Translations under genes and position numbers: made by a program
Assembly: GCA_004431415.1 (NCBI GenBank)
Contig: QPMI01000483.1
Location: 62,001-126,000, forward strand
DNA from: Cyanophora paradoxa CCMP329
Taxonomy: Eukaryota; Plantae; Glaucophyta
Length of the DNA: 64,000 bases
Direction of reading: 5' to 3'
Notes under the pieces: generated by a model
Told to the model about the DNA's origin: nothing
Databases searched by the model: none
What the model saw: the letters and a program-made list of their open reading frames with translations, nothing else
In this document: positions 10,409-19,929 of the stretch, one piece after another
Numbering within the stretch: the stretch's first letter is position 1
How the letters are laid out: the number at the start of each line of letters is the position of its first letter

Positions 10409-11715
10409 AGAAGATTCCTGAGCTCGGCTCTCACCCGTCAATCACGACGGCGCAGAAAGCCGAACTTCACGCGCTCCTGCGGCGCTACAAGGATGTCTTC
10501 GCAGACAAGGTCGAGGCCAAAGAGGGCACCAGCAACCTGCTCTATTACGAGCACGTGATCAAACTCACGACTCGCCTTCCGGTGTTCACGCCTCCGCGGC
10601 GTATGAACCCGCACGCCGAGGAACACGCCCGCAAGGAAATTCAGAAACTCCTTGAGCTTGGGCTGATCGAGCCCTCCCAAGCGGCATATGGCTCGCCGGT
10701 AGTGCTGGCCCCCAAAAAGGACGGCACTTGGCGTTTCTGTGTCGACTATCGGAGGCTGAATCAGATCACCGAGCGGGACGTGTTTCCCCTACCCCGCATA
10801 GACGACCAGCTCGAGCGCCTCCGCGGCTCGATGGTCTTCTCGACTGCTGACGCGACTGCCGGCTTCTGGCAGCTGCCTCTGCACCCCGGCTCCCGAGCCT
10901 ACACTGCATTTGTGGTCCCCTGGGGTCACTTTCAGTGGAAGGTTACGCCGTTTGGGGTCACGAACGGGCCCGCGGCATTCTCCCGCGCGATCACTGCGAT
11001 CCTGGGCCCCTTGCTGACCACCTGCGTCGTCGCGTACATCGACGATATCACGGTCTTCTCACCGTCCATCGATCAGCACCTTCTAGACTTGAAGGCGCTC
11101 TTCGAGACGATCTCTAAGGCGAACCTGCGCCTGAAGCCGTCGAAGTGCCGCTTCTGCGTGCCTGAAATCGACCTTCTCGGCCACCGCATCTCCGCCGAAG
11201 GGATCCGCCAGGACCCTGCGAAGACCAAGGTGATCACGGACTGGCAGACGCCGAAGAACGCGGACGAGCTCCGCTCGTTCCTCGGCCTCGCCGGCTACTA
11301 CCGCCGCTTTGTCGAGAACTTCTCCAAAGTGGTGCACGCCATGCAGCGCCTTCTATTGAAGGACGCCGTCTGGAGTTGGCCAGAGGACGGCCCCGCCGAC
11401 CGCGCCTTTAAGGAGCTGAAAGAACTCCTGGGCCGCGATATTATATTGCGGTTCCCGGACTTCTCGAAGCCCTTCATTCTCCAGACGGACGCCAGCACCT
11501 ACGCTATCGGCGCAATTCTGAGCCAGGCCGACGACAAAGGCGTCGAGCGGCCGCTCGCGTTCATCAGCCGCACGCTGCTGCCGGCCGAGATGAACTACTC
11601 CGCTACGGAGCTGGAGTGCCTCGCAGTAGTCTGGGCCATTAAGTATTGGCGCCACTATCTGCTGGGCGGCCCCAGTTCCTGGTGCGGACCGACCACCACG
11701 CCCTCCAGTGGCTGA
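10195..11715 (+). CDS. pol: Reverse transcriptase and RNase H (Ty3/gypsy)
   Basis: PKKDGTWRFCVDYRRLN, FPLPRIDD, GFWQ, PFGVTNGPAAF, YIDDI, LGH, FLGLAGYYRRFV, TDAS, NYSATELECLAVVWA. Confidence 0.97.
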   Translation: MLDAVRAMRGDVTVRKAAPVADAEAPPQSVVTASLSARPDAPPPTTAAPDAKPAEAPRPVPNAEEEWQELLKKIPELGSHPSITTAQKAELHALLRRYKDVFADKVEAKEGTSNLLYYEHVIKLTTRLPVFTPPRRMNPHAEEHARKEIQKLLELGLIEPSQAAYGSPVVLAPKKDGTWRFCVDYRRLNQITERDVFPLPRIDDQLERLRGSMVFSTADATAGFWQLPLHPGSRAYTAFVVPWGHFQWKVTPFGVTNGPAAFSRAITAILGPLLTTCVVAYIDDITVFSPSIDQHLLDLKALFETISKANLRLKPSKCRFCVPEIDLLGHRISAEGIRQDPAKTKVITDWQTPKNADELRSFLGLAGYYRRFVENFSKVVHAMQRLLLKDAVWSWPEDGPADRAFKELKELLGRDIILRFPDFSKPFILQTDASTYAIGAILSQADDKGVERPLAFISRTLLPAEMNYSATELECLAVVWAIKYWRHYLLGGPSSWCGPTTTPSSG

Positions 11716-13118
11716 AGACGCTGGACCCGACGACGGGCCGCCTCGGTCGCTGGTCCCTGCTCTTGCAGGCCTACGACTTTGAGATCGTCTACCGCCCTGG
11801 CAAGCAGAACGGGGGTCCCGACGCGTGCTCGCGTCTCCCTAAGGACCACCCCGTCTGGCAGCCAGGCGGTGCAGACGGTTCCTCGTCCAAGCCCGCGGCC
11901 TACAAGGGCGCCGAAGGCTTCGGCATCCCGCAACATGCTGTAGGGGCTGAGCCTGAGGATCCCGACGTCCCGCTGGGCATCTTTAGGATGCAGCTGGGCC
12001 CGACCGAGCGGGCCCTGCGCCAGCTCGCCAACTCCGCCGGCTTCCGCGCGGAAGCCCCAGCCGAGGGTGGCCGAGCCGCTAGACGCCGAGCGCCCCGGGC
12101 GGCGCCTGCGAGCGCCCCCTCTTCCCCGCCGGGCCGCTCCTCTTATGCAGAGGAGGAGTCGCGGCCCCCTGTGCCAGCCAGTGCTCCTGAGGCCGAGCCC
12201 GACGCCGGCGCCCCTGAAGCGCCCGCGCCCGAGCCTGAGGGTGAGGCTGGCGGTGCTGCGGAAACCGATTCCGACGCCGAGCCCCCGCCGCCAGAGCGCG
12301 CGCCGCGACGCCTGCCCCGCGAGCTCGCCAAGCTTGCTGCGTCGGCTGGGTTCGCTGAGGCCAAGGCCTCCGCCTCGGCTACTGACGCCGCCACGCGCAA
12401 GCGAGCGCGGGCCGCCCCAGAGCGCTTCGCGCCTCCCGCGCCAGAGTCGGTCTCGCCGCCCCCGAAACGACGAGAGCCGGGCCCGGCGCCCGCTGTCGAG
12501 GAGCGCGAGGCTCCCTCGGACGCGGAGATGCCCGACGCCCCTGAGGGCGACCTGGGCGCCCCGGCCGCGCTGCTAGAGGACGCTCACGCAGAGGCCGAGG
12601 CCTCGGGCGAGATCGATGACGAGTCGCTGCCGGAAGGGCCTGTCCCCTCCGACGCCTGCGACGCTGACGGCTTCCCCCTCGCTCTTGCGGAGCGAGTCCC
12701 GAAGCGCTCGGAAACCGGGCCCCGTCGGTGGGGCGCCAAGGGATTTGCCGAGCCGCGGCCCCTGCATCCCGACGCGCTCTTCCCTCGCGGCCCCGCCTTG
12801 AGGCGGCAGCCTCGAGATGAGTACAACACGCGCCACTGGCGCTCCCCGGTCGACCCCTCGGATCGGCCGGTGCCGATTCATATTGAGTGGGAGCCGGAGG
12901 ACCCTGAGGGCGAGCCGCCTCCCGGGCCTCCGCGCCGACGCTCGCTCTCCCCGGAGACTGCTCGCCACCAGATCCGCGTTCGGCCGGTCCCCCGGACCCC
13001 AAGCCAGCGCCGCGGGCTCGAGGTCGCCCCTCTGCCCGCGGGCAGGCTTCCGACGACGCCGCCCCGCTCGAGCCTGAGACGGTCGCCGCCGAGGCCGCTG
13101 CCCCGCAGCGGTGGGTAG
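11646..13118 (+). CDS. RNase H C-terminus plus ~400-aa Pro/Ala/Glu-rich linker
   Basis: TDHHALQWL...RLGRWSLLLQAYDFEIVYRPGKQNGGPDACSR followed by low-complexity sequence. Confidence 0.85.
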   Translation: MAPLSAGRPQFLVRTDHHALQWLKTLDPTTGRLGRWSLLLQAYDFEIVYRPGKQNGGPDACSRLPKDHPVWQPGGADGSSSKPAAYKGAEGFGIPQHAVGAEPEDPDVPLGIFRMQLGPTERALRQLANSAGFRAEAPAEGGRAARRRAPRAAPASAPSSPPGRSSYAEEESRPPVPASAPEAEPDAGAPEAPAPEPEGEAGGAAETDSDAEPPPPERAPRRLPRELAKLAASAGFAEAKASASATDAATRKRARAAPERFAPPAPESVSPPPKRREPGPAPAVEEREAPSDAEMPDAPEGDLGAPAALLEDAHAEAEASGEIDDESLPEGPVPSDACDADGFPLALAERVPKRSETGPRRWGAKGFAEPRPLHPDALFPRGPALRRQPRDEYNTRHWRSPVDPSDRPVPIHIEWEPEDPEGEPPPGPPRRRSLSPETARHQIRVRPVPRTPSQRRGLEVAPLPAGRLPTTPPRSSLRRSPPRPLPRSGG

Positions 13119-13168
13119 AACTCGACCCTAGAGGCCGGGACGTTCGCCCGCCGTGCAAGCCGGTCTTC

Positions 13169-14829
13169 GTGGATACCGTCCTCGACGCGTGGGCCTGCGG
13201 ACCCTCGCCAGCCGTCGATGGGGCGCTCCCCGACGCGCTGCGCCGTATGTTCCCGCCCGAGAAGCGCAAGCGTCTGCTCGCCGCTCAGAAGGAGGATTCC
13301 TTCTGCAAGAAGCTTCTCGCCTTCCGCGCAGAGGGCGAGAATCCAACTGTCTGTACCCGCGGCTCGAGGCGCGACGCAGATCCCTGCTCGCCCAGCTGCG
13401 CTCACTGCCTGCGGGCCAAGGAGCGCTTTGCACGCCTGGCCGGCGAGTTCAGCCTGGCCGACGACGGCGTCATCGAGCGCAACCCCTTGGTCCCTGCCGG
13501 CCGGTTCCTACCCGTCTTGCCGGACGCTTGGATCGACAGGGTGCTCTACGCCTATCACGAGGGCTGGGCCCATCGAGGCGCGCCCGTGATAGCCCGTCGG
13601 ATCGCCCTGCGGTTCTGGTGGCCTGGCATGTACGCCTCCATCGCTCGCTTTGTGCGGTCGTGCCCGCACTGTCAGTTCGCGAAGGCCGCGAAGCCCCGCC
13701 GTACCGCCATTCAGGTGATACAGCCTTCGGGCAAGGGAGACCTGTGGCAGGTGGATATCTTCCACTTGGATATGCACGAAGACGGTTCGCGATACATCAT
13801 CGCGTACGTCGACGCATACACCAAGTTCTGCTATATCTACCCGCTCTCCCGTATCTCCGGCGAGGCCTTGCTCGCCACCGCGATCGACTTCTATACGCAC
13901 GAGGGCGTGCCCGCGCGCATCCTGACGGACCGCGGGTCCCAACTCGTTGGGGGCGCGTGGAACGCGTTCTTCAAGGAGAAGGGTACCCGGTTCGTGCACG
14001 CGGCCGCCTACCACCACGCCTCGAACGGCGGCGCCGAGCGCCTGGGCGGAGTCTACAAGACTCTCGCTTACGCCATGTGCCGTGAGCACAAGCGGCCGCT
14101 CTCTGACTGGCCTCTTTACAACGCCGATATCGTTCTCGCGTTGCGGACCACCGTGCACTCCGCCACCGGGTTCTCCCCGATGGTCTTGCACCGCGGTTCT
14201 GAAGTGCACCTGCCCTGCGAAGTGCGCTTCGGAGCCGGCGTCCGCTTCGTGAACCCCGACCACACGCACCCGGCTGATTACCTTCTCGCGATGACGCGAG
14301 CTGCCGCGAGCGCCGACGCTGCCTCGCGCGAGTACCGTCGGTTCTATCGGAACCGCATGGTTGCTCGCACCGGCAACCCGCCTCATCGTCGCCGCTTTGA
14401 GGTTGGCGACAAGGTATTGTGCTGGATGGGCGAACACAACAAAGGGCTGTACAATTCGTGGTCGGGCCCTACACTGTGACTGGTGTTAACCCTGGCGGTT
14501 ACACCTACACGGTCAAGGGGTCGGCTAAGCCCTACTCCGCCAAGGACGATGCCCGTACCCGTCCTCTGCGTGAGACTGTTGCCCACATCGACTGCATGCT
14601 TCCGTTCCGCACGCGTCTCTCCGAGTCTCAAGCCCGTCCCCGCGTTGGTCGGCCTCGGAAGACTGCTGTGAACGCCGACGAGCCGGCGATCGACCCCGCA
14701 CTCGCGGACTCGCCCGCTCAAGAACAAAATCCACCTCTCGCCCCTGACGTCGACGCCGAGGGCCCCGAGCGGGCTGCCGAGGGCGACGAGGTTGAGATGG
14801 ATGACGCGATTTTGGTCGACGACCTGTGA
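13169..14829 (+). CDS. Integrase (HHCC zinc finger, DDE core, GPY/F motif; frameshift near 14465)
   Basis: YHEGWAHRG...WWPGM...CPHCQ; WQVDI...ILTDRGSQ...NGGAERL; TGFSP; GPYTV continues in the 14419-14829 frame. No chromodomain seen. Confidence 0.95.
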
Positions 14830-15505
14830 GAAGCTCGTCCCATTGCTGTTCCCTTTGCGATCGCTGTGCTTGCGCCGTGGGGCAGATTTCTTTGCCCGCT
14901 TTGCCTCAGCCCTGGCTTCCGAGGTGGGACGTGGGTTGGCTGGTGGCCAATCACGGGGCGCCATCTGGGCCTTTCGTTCCATTTTCTGGGATCTGGGCCC
15001 GTCGCTCGTGGAGAGTGGCTGGGTGTAGGCCTCCCGGGTGCCTGCGGGTCCGTGAGGGGCTCGAGGTTGCTGGCTGGGGGTGCACTCAGTCGTGCCCTAT
15101 CCTTTCGTTGGGCCTGATGGGCGGCCCGGATACCTCCTCGCTGGTTTCTTCCCGAGGCGGTGAAACTTCCCATCCGTGCCACTCTCCTTCGGCTCTCGCC
15201 GTTGGAGCGAGTTTGGGCCAGCTTTTGGGGGTTTCGAGTTCTATGCTTTTCCATCTTTCGAGCTTGGCCTGGGGTTGCCTAGGTACATGCACTATGCTGG
15301 TATCGGCTCCTATTTCGGTCGCGAGCTATGCTACCTGGCATATCTGGTTGCTGACGACGGACATTCTACTTCGAGAGGAGTTCACTCGCCGCCGCCCTGT
15401 CGCTGCCGTGGTTGGTGCACACCCCGGCGGTGGGTGGACGCCCCGTCGAGCATGCAGACTCGACGTTCGGCTTGGCGCGGTCCGGTGCGAGGACGCACCG
15501 TATGC

Positions 15506-15516
15506 AGAGTGAGGAG
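15506..15516 (+). promoter_or_regulatory. Polypurine tract (plus-strand primer)
   Basis: AGAGTGAGGAG immediately before TGT, preceded by the hairpin CGGTGCG-AGGA-CGCACCG. Confidence 0.65.
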
Positions 15517-15517
15517 T

Positions 15518-15773
15518 TGTCGCGTGCCGCGATTCCCTCGGATTAGGCTAGCCGGCAGTCTATGCGTAGCCGCTAGCCCTAGTCTAGTGCTATCGAGCAG
15601 CTAGCTCTAGCACTCTCTGTATTCTGACTTAGCGCCGGGCGCGACTCCGTTTGGGGGTACGCGATCCCTGGACGGGTACACTTGTGAATAGACCACTTGT
15701 GCTCCCAGCTACAGCCCCAGCCCGTGCGTGACCGCACGGACGCTGCACCGGGTGGGAATCCTCTCATCCGACA
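15518..15773 (+). repeat. 3' LTR (256 bp)
   Basis: Starts TGTCG, ends CGACA (5-bp terminal inverted repeat), follows the PPT and ends exactly at the GC drop. The 5' LTR is not in the window for confirmation. Confidence 0.75.
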
Positions 15774-15983
15774 TATTGCTCTGCTTCTGTTCAGGATTGG
15801 ATTGATAATGCTGCCCACAACAGAGCAAGAATTGCAATTGATGAGATTGTTCAGAAAGAGATTCAATCTTGCATTGCAGCTGGGATTCAAATACCATCCT
15901 CAAAGGAGGCTATTGTTTTACAGGCTTTCCAAAGGGGAACTGTCAAAAAAGGTATCGAGTATAACAATGTCACAGAAGAGTAG
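15774..15983 (+). pseudogene. 5'-truncated small phage-like protein interrupted by the LTR
   Basis: Frame absent from the ORF track: YCSASVQDWIDNAAHNRARIAIDEIVQKEIQSCIAAGIQIPSSKEAIVLQAFQRGTVKKGIEYNNVTEE*. From memory it resembles small hypothetical proteins next to tail-fibre genes in aquatic phages (QDW.DNA..NRARIAIDEIV...IQIP). Confidence 0.7.
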
Positions 15984-16040
15984 CAGAGCTAGCGCTATAG
16001 CTTGTCTGCAGCCTATTTTTTTCTCTTTCGTTTCTATTAA

Positions 16041-16889
16041 ATGACCGAGTACAACCGAGTCCAGTTACCAATCTACTCACTGGGCTCTCCAGCAATCCAT
16101 ATGAGGCAGCATGAAGTTAGCGATGCCATTGCTGGATTAGAGTCCACTGAGCGTCCAAACTCAACTAATGCATTTGATCAGCGATCAGTGATTCGCTGTA
16201 AAGAATTACGCGCAGATAAAAACTCTGGGGTTGTCAAAACAACTCGATTACTGGTTACGAACGCAAATTTCTCCCAGCCCATAACAGGAGGAGTTGACTC
16301 ATATAGTGTTGACCTTCGAAGCATAAACTATGATCAAAACACTGCTGCCCTCACTGTGCGCTCCGGAGGAGCAGCTATTACCGGAGCCTGCCGAGTTAGT
16401 GGGGGCCTATCATCATCGATTGCCATCAATGATGTCCCAGACTTTTCATTAGAGAATGCCGAAAATCGTAAACGAGTTCGCATGTATGTACCTTGCTGTG
16501 ACCTTCCCTATGCACAAGCTCTAGTAGAAGTTGAAATAACCATAGCTAATTCAAGTACACCAAATGGTCTGGATGGTGAGAGGTTGCTTTCAAACAGAGA
16601 AATCCCTAAAGCATTACAATCTCTCTGTCAGGATCAAAATGACCAGATAGGGCATGTGTATACGTTCTTTGTGCAACGTCTTGGACATGCTGGGCGGGGA
16701 TACGTAGTTCGTAATATTAATACAAGGCACCTTTTCGATTTATATGCTACTGCGATAGGCCGATACTCTATCCTAATCATCGGCTATCGCTCCGATGTGG
16801 CTGCATCAGTGGCTACTAGAGGGCTGAACGTTGATCCAGCACTGAATAATATGTATGAGGAAGGCAATCCGGAAAATCCTATACCTTAA
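16041..16889 (+). CDS. Virus fibre-like protein, paralog 1
   Basis: ALTVRSGGAAITGACRVSGG beta-repeat-like motif and C-terminal GRYSILIIGYRSDVAA. Clearly paralogous to the next ORF. Confidence 0.6.
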   Translation: MTEYNRVQLPIYSLGSPAIHMRQHEVSDAIAGLESTERPNSTNAFDQRSVIRCKELRADKNSGVVKTTRLLVTNANFSQPITGGVDSYSVDLRSINYDQNTAALTVRSGGAAITGACRVSGGLSSSIAINDVPDFSLENAENRKRVRMYVPCCDLPYAQALVEVEITIANSSTPNGLDGERLLSNREIPKALQSLCQDQNDQIGHVYTFFVQRLGHAGRGYVVRNINTRHLFDLYATAIGRYSILIIGYRSDVAASVATRGLNVDPALNNMYEEGNPENPIP

Positions 16890-16917
16890 ATGAAAGTTTT
16901 ATCTTCTGTTTTCTAAA

Positions 16918-17841
16918 ATGGAAGCTGTTGAAAGAATAGTAGTTCCATCGTTGACCCTCGCCGCTCCAGCCAACCACGTCCTGCAGCATGCAGTTTCAGA
17001 CGATGTCCCCGGCCTGCAATCAACTGAGCAGCAGCCAACTCTAAACACCTTCCGAGATAATCACATCATACGTTTAGGAGAGGTTAGATGCGACAAAAAT
17101 AATGGAGTGGTCAAAACAACAAATCTTGTCGTAACAAACGCAAACTTTAATGCGCATTATGGGGATCCTGATAGCTATGATGATGCTAACAAGGTTAACA
17201 CTTTTACCTATGAATCAAGATTAGGGGCTGTTACCTGCAGGTCCGGAGGTGCTTATATTGGAGATGGCCTGAGAGTGGGTGGAGCTGCTTGCGCCCCTAT
17301 ATTTGTAAATGATCAACCTAACCCTGAAAACACTAATGAAAGAATCAGAACGTATGTTCCTGGTATGAATTTGCCTTATATCATCAAAGTCTTCACGCTA
17401 AACATAAATGAGCAAACATCGATCGTAGATAACGTTCAGCCACTCGGAAATCATTTCAAGAGTGTTGTTGATATTCCCCCGGATATCTATTTCCTTTGTA
17501 GGAGAAACGATGCTCTCCGGCCAAACATAGCTGTTTTAATTAATCCTATTGACAATTTTGGTGTCGCTTTCCATTCTACCCCAGTGGGGGTTGAAGATTA
17601 CCAGTTTATTGTGAGGGCTACGCTTATGGGCGCCTACAAAAATATTCTATTTGCTGAAAGAACAGATGTGATTGCAAGCGGGGTCAAGTATGGTGAGACC
17701 TTCAATTCGAATCGTTACTTTCCAATTGGAGGGGCTGATCCCAACCATAGAATCTTTGTTTTTATATATATTACCCCTTGTAGATGGATCTGCTCCGTAA
17801 ATGCATGGACATGTTCCATCTCAACGTCACCAGCAAATTGA
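16918..17841 (+). CDS. Virus fibre-like protein, paralog 2 (true stop probably ~17750)
   Basis: Shares QH.VSD...GL.STE, DKN.GVVKTT.L.VTNANF, RSGGA.I, R.R.YVP..LPY and G.Y...L...R.DV.A with paralog 1. CCCAACCATAG near 17741 would give a PNP* end like paralog 1 with one added base. Confidence 0.6.
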   Translation: MEAVERIVVPSLTLAAPANHVLQHAVSDDVPGLQSTEQQPTLNTFRDNHIIRLGEVRCDKNNGVVKTTNLVVTNANFNAHYGDPDSYDDANKVNTFTYESRLGAVTCRSGGAYIGDGLRVGGAACAPIFVNDQPNPENTNERIRTYVPGMNLPYIIKVFTLNINEQTSIVDNVQPLGNHFKSVVDIPPDIYFLCRRNDALRPNIAVLINPIDNFGVAFHSTPVGVEDYQFIVRATLMGAYKNILFAERTDVIASGVKYGETFNSNRYFPIGGADPNHRIFVFIYITPCRWICSVNAWTCSISTSPAN

Positions 17842-18128
17842 AATGCAGTTGCTGCGAGACAACTATCAACCTCGAAATATCTGACACTGAGGGCTCACGC
17901 ACCCCTGATACTCAGCTATCGCCTAATAACACACCCGGGACTTCTAGGTCCAATTCTCCTTTTACGCGATCTGATTCACCTATACCATGGCTTGATTCTG
18001 AAAGCCGAAGATCGTCTTGGCCACCCCCAAATATCCCGAAGCCCCTGAAAAGAAAGAAGTCCTTGCTATCAAGTTTCAGAAAGGAGAAGACTCCAGTTTC
18101 CGAAAAGCAACCAGATCAAGTGGAATGA
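17784..18128 (+). CDS. Small hypothetical protein (KLKCSCC motif, Ser/Pro-rich, basic tail)
   Basis: 114-aa ORF with an AT-rich leader in the low-GC island. Confidence 0.5.
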   Translation: MDLLRKCMDMFHLNVTSKLKCSCCETTINLEISDTEGSRTPDTQLSPNNTPGTSRSNSPFTRSDSPIPWLDSESRRSSWPPPNIPKPLKRKKSLLSSFRKEKTPVSEKQPDQVE

Positions 18129-18258
18129 GGCCGCACCAGACCGCTAAAAGGGGCCCTAATTCCTTGCCTTCGGCTTGTCTGCGACCCAGTTAACGCCTTG
18201 ATAGTCCTCGCGCTGCGCCTCGCGTTTCTTACTAAAGTCACGCCTATAGATATTGCTG

Positions 18259-18456
18259 AACGCGTTTCCTCAGTTAGCTCGATGCACACATTTATTTCGT
18301 CTAGCTATACCTTAACGCTTTTCCTCGTTTAGCTCCTCTATACACATCAATTACATCTAGCTAGAGCTTAACACGTTTCCTCGTTTAGCTTCTCTGTACA
18401 CATTAATATCGCCTAGCTATAGCTTAACGCATTTTTCTCGTTTAGCTTCTCTGTAC
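18259..18456. repeat. ~55-bp tandem repeat, about 3.5 copies
   Basis: Units begin 18259, 18314, 18370, 18426: AACGC.TTT.CTCGTTTAGCT.CTCT.TACACAT...CTAGCTA.AGCTT. Confidence 0.9.
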
Positions 18457-18558
18457 TCGCCCTCACGCCCTCCATTCTCCATATCCATGCTTTTCCCATC
18501 AACACATCTACTTGGAGCACGTCTAAAAATCTTTCAGGGAAATTGTTGATCGATGACG

Positions 18559-19709
18559 CTAGAAGGGGTGGATCCCTGAAGGTAAAACCAGACTAGTCGG
18601 TGGTCTGGTTTGGGGTGGGGTCCTCCCCTTTACAACAGAGGCTGGCGGAGCGACAGTCGTGGAGCGGCGGGAGACATCTTTCCACGGGAAGGTACGGAGT
18701 AGCCACGGGACTTCAAGTAAGAAGTTTGCTACCGCAGCGTTGCACGCCTGCACGTCGTTGAGCAAGGCAGCCGGCGGCTGGTGTTTCATCGCCAGATCCT
18801 TGACTTCCTTTGCCGCCCTCCGGGCCTGTTTGAAGTTATCCATCTTGGCGAGCTGGTAGTCACCGAGGGGGTAACGTCCACTTTCCAGGTCCCGGGCCGC
18901 GATCATTTTCTTGATAACGTCATACACCTCCATCGGTGTAGGTTGGCCTTCCAGCTTGCAGACTAGACCCGCCCCACGAAGCTAAGAATCTTGGCGACGG
19001 TGCTGACCATCTCCGGGAGCGGGTAGCCGTTGTAAGCCTGAAGGAGGACCGTCTGTGTGCGGAAGCGCTCCTGTTCCGTAATGTTGATGGCCACCCAGCG
19101 TACAAGTGACGGGAGTCCGCGGATGCAGTGGTCGCTCTCGAGCTGGTAGGTGATGTTCCGAATCGTTCGCTTGATTGTGTCACGTTTAGTCAAAAGCCGT
19201 TGGCGTGTGTTGCGCGTGTCCCGAGACCGGTCCGCCACGTCCGGGCCCTTCTCCCAAACATGGTCAGTGACTGCGTCAGCCGCGTCGCGGTGCTCCTCCT
19301 TGGCCTTGGCAAGGTCACGGGTAAGCTGACCCGTCTGGTTGATCATGTCGTGGATGGAGGCCTGGTACTGCGACGGGAGCGCCTTGGCCGCCAGAGTAGC
19401 CCCCGCGAGTGCGAGCTTCGAGCCGTCGTCGGCGTCGGAGTATCGCTTCGTGTCCCTGTCGATTGCGCGCTGCGCGTCGTCTCGCCAGGCGGCGACGCCT
19501 TGCGGCGTGAGCGGGTTGCCCGGACTGGTGATGCAGATGCCGCCGCCGCAGTCAATGAGGATCGGCCGCTCCGTGTTGGACAGCGCGTTGAGAGCTTCAC
19601 GTTCCGCTGAGGCGTTGGAGGTGACCGCAGCAACGTCCGTCAGCTCTTGAAGTAAGGTGTTGGTCGCCGAGCGCCGGCGCGGCGCGTCGTCGAAGTGCCT
19701 GGAGTCCAT
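18559..19709 (-). CDS. Orphan intronless helical protein (~380 aa, one frameshift near 18970)
   Basis: ORF 19709-18963 joins ORF 18933-18559 by a shift in a G run (…ILSFVG / AGLVCKLEGQPTPMEVYDV…). Confidence 0.5.
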
Positions 19710-19929
19710 CGTGTCTGCACGCGGCAGAGACGGAGGAAACCGACGCGGAGCCGAGAGGCGGAGGCGAGGAGGCGAGGGATCCGGCGCGGCGTCGACGCGC
19801 GACGGCGGCCGGGACCGGGGCGAAGTGAAGCGGGCGGGGAGGTGGTGCCGGCGACGAACGAGCGTCGGCTGGCGAGCGGGCGGGGCGTGGCGAGGACGGC
19901 GGCGTCGGGTGAGAGCCGGGGCGCCGCGA

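Larger units (their letters stand above)
1..15773 (+). mobile_element. Giant Ty3/gypsy (Metaviridae) LTR retrotransposon; 5' end lies outside the window
   Basis: Domain order PR (VVDTGA ~9015) - RT (YIDD ~11035) - RNase H - integrase (HHCC, DDE), then PPT and a TGTCG...CGACA LTR. Intronless throughout. Confidence 0.93.
15774..18550 (+). mobile_element. Low-GC virus-like island (fragment of an endogenous DNA virus, possibly Polinton-like virus or virophage)
   Basis: Sharp GC drop, four closely spaced intronless co-oriented ORFs with T-rich leaders, phage/giant-virus fibre-like motifs and a terminal tandem array. No capsid, ATPase or polymerase in the window; right boundary uncertain. Confidence 0.6.

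Noticed and set aside
14826-15512. 228-aa ORF after integrase
   Set aside because: Non-ATG start, no motifs; likely the 3' UTR of the element.
15697-16044. 115-aa ORF in the supplied track
   Set aside because: Starts inside the LTR and is a shadow frame; the protein-like frame is 15774-15983.
16041-18128. env-like genes of the retrotransposon
   Set aside because: They lie outside the PPT/3' LTR, differ in GC, and lack a signal peptide or TM anchor.
18259-18456. CRISPR-like array
   Set aside because: Whole units are homologous with no unique spacers, no cas genes are present, and the context is eukaryotic.
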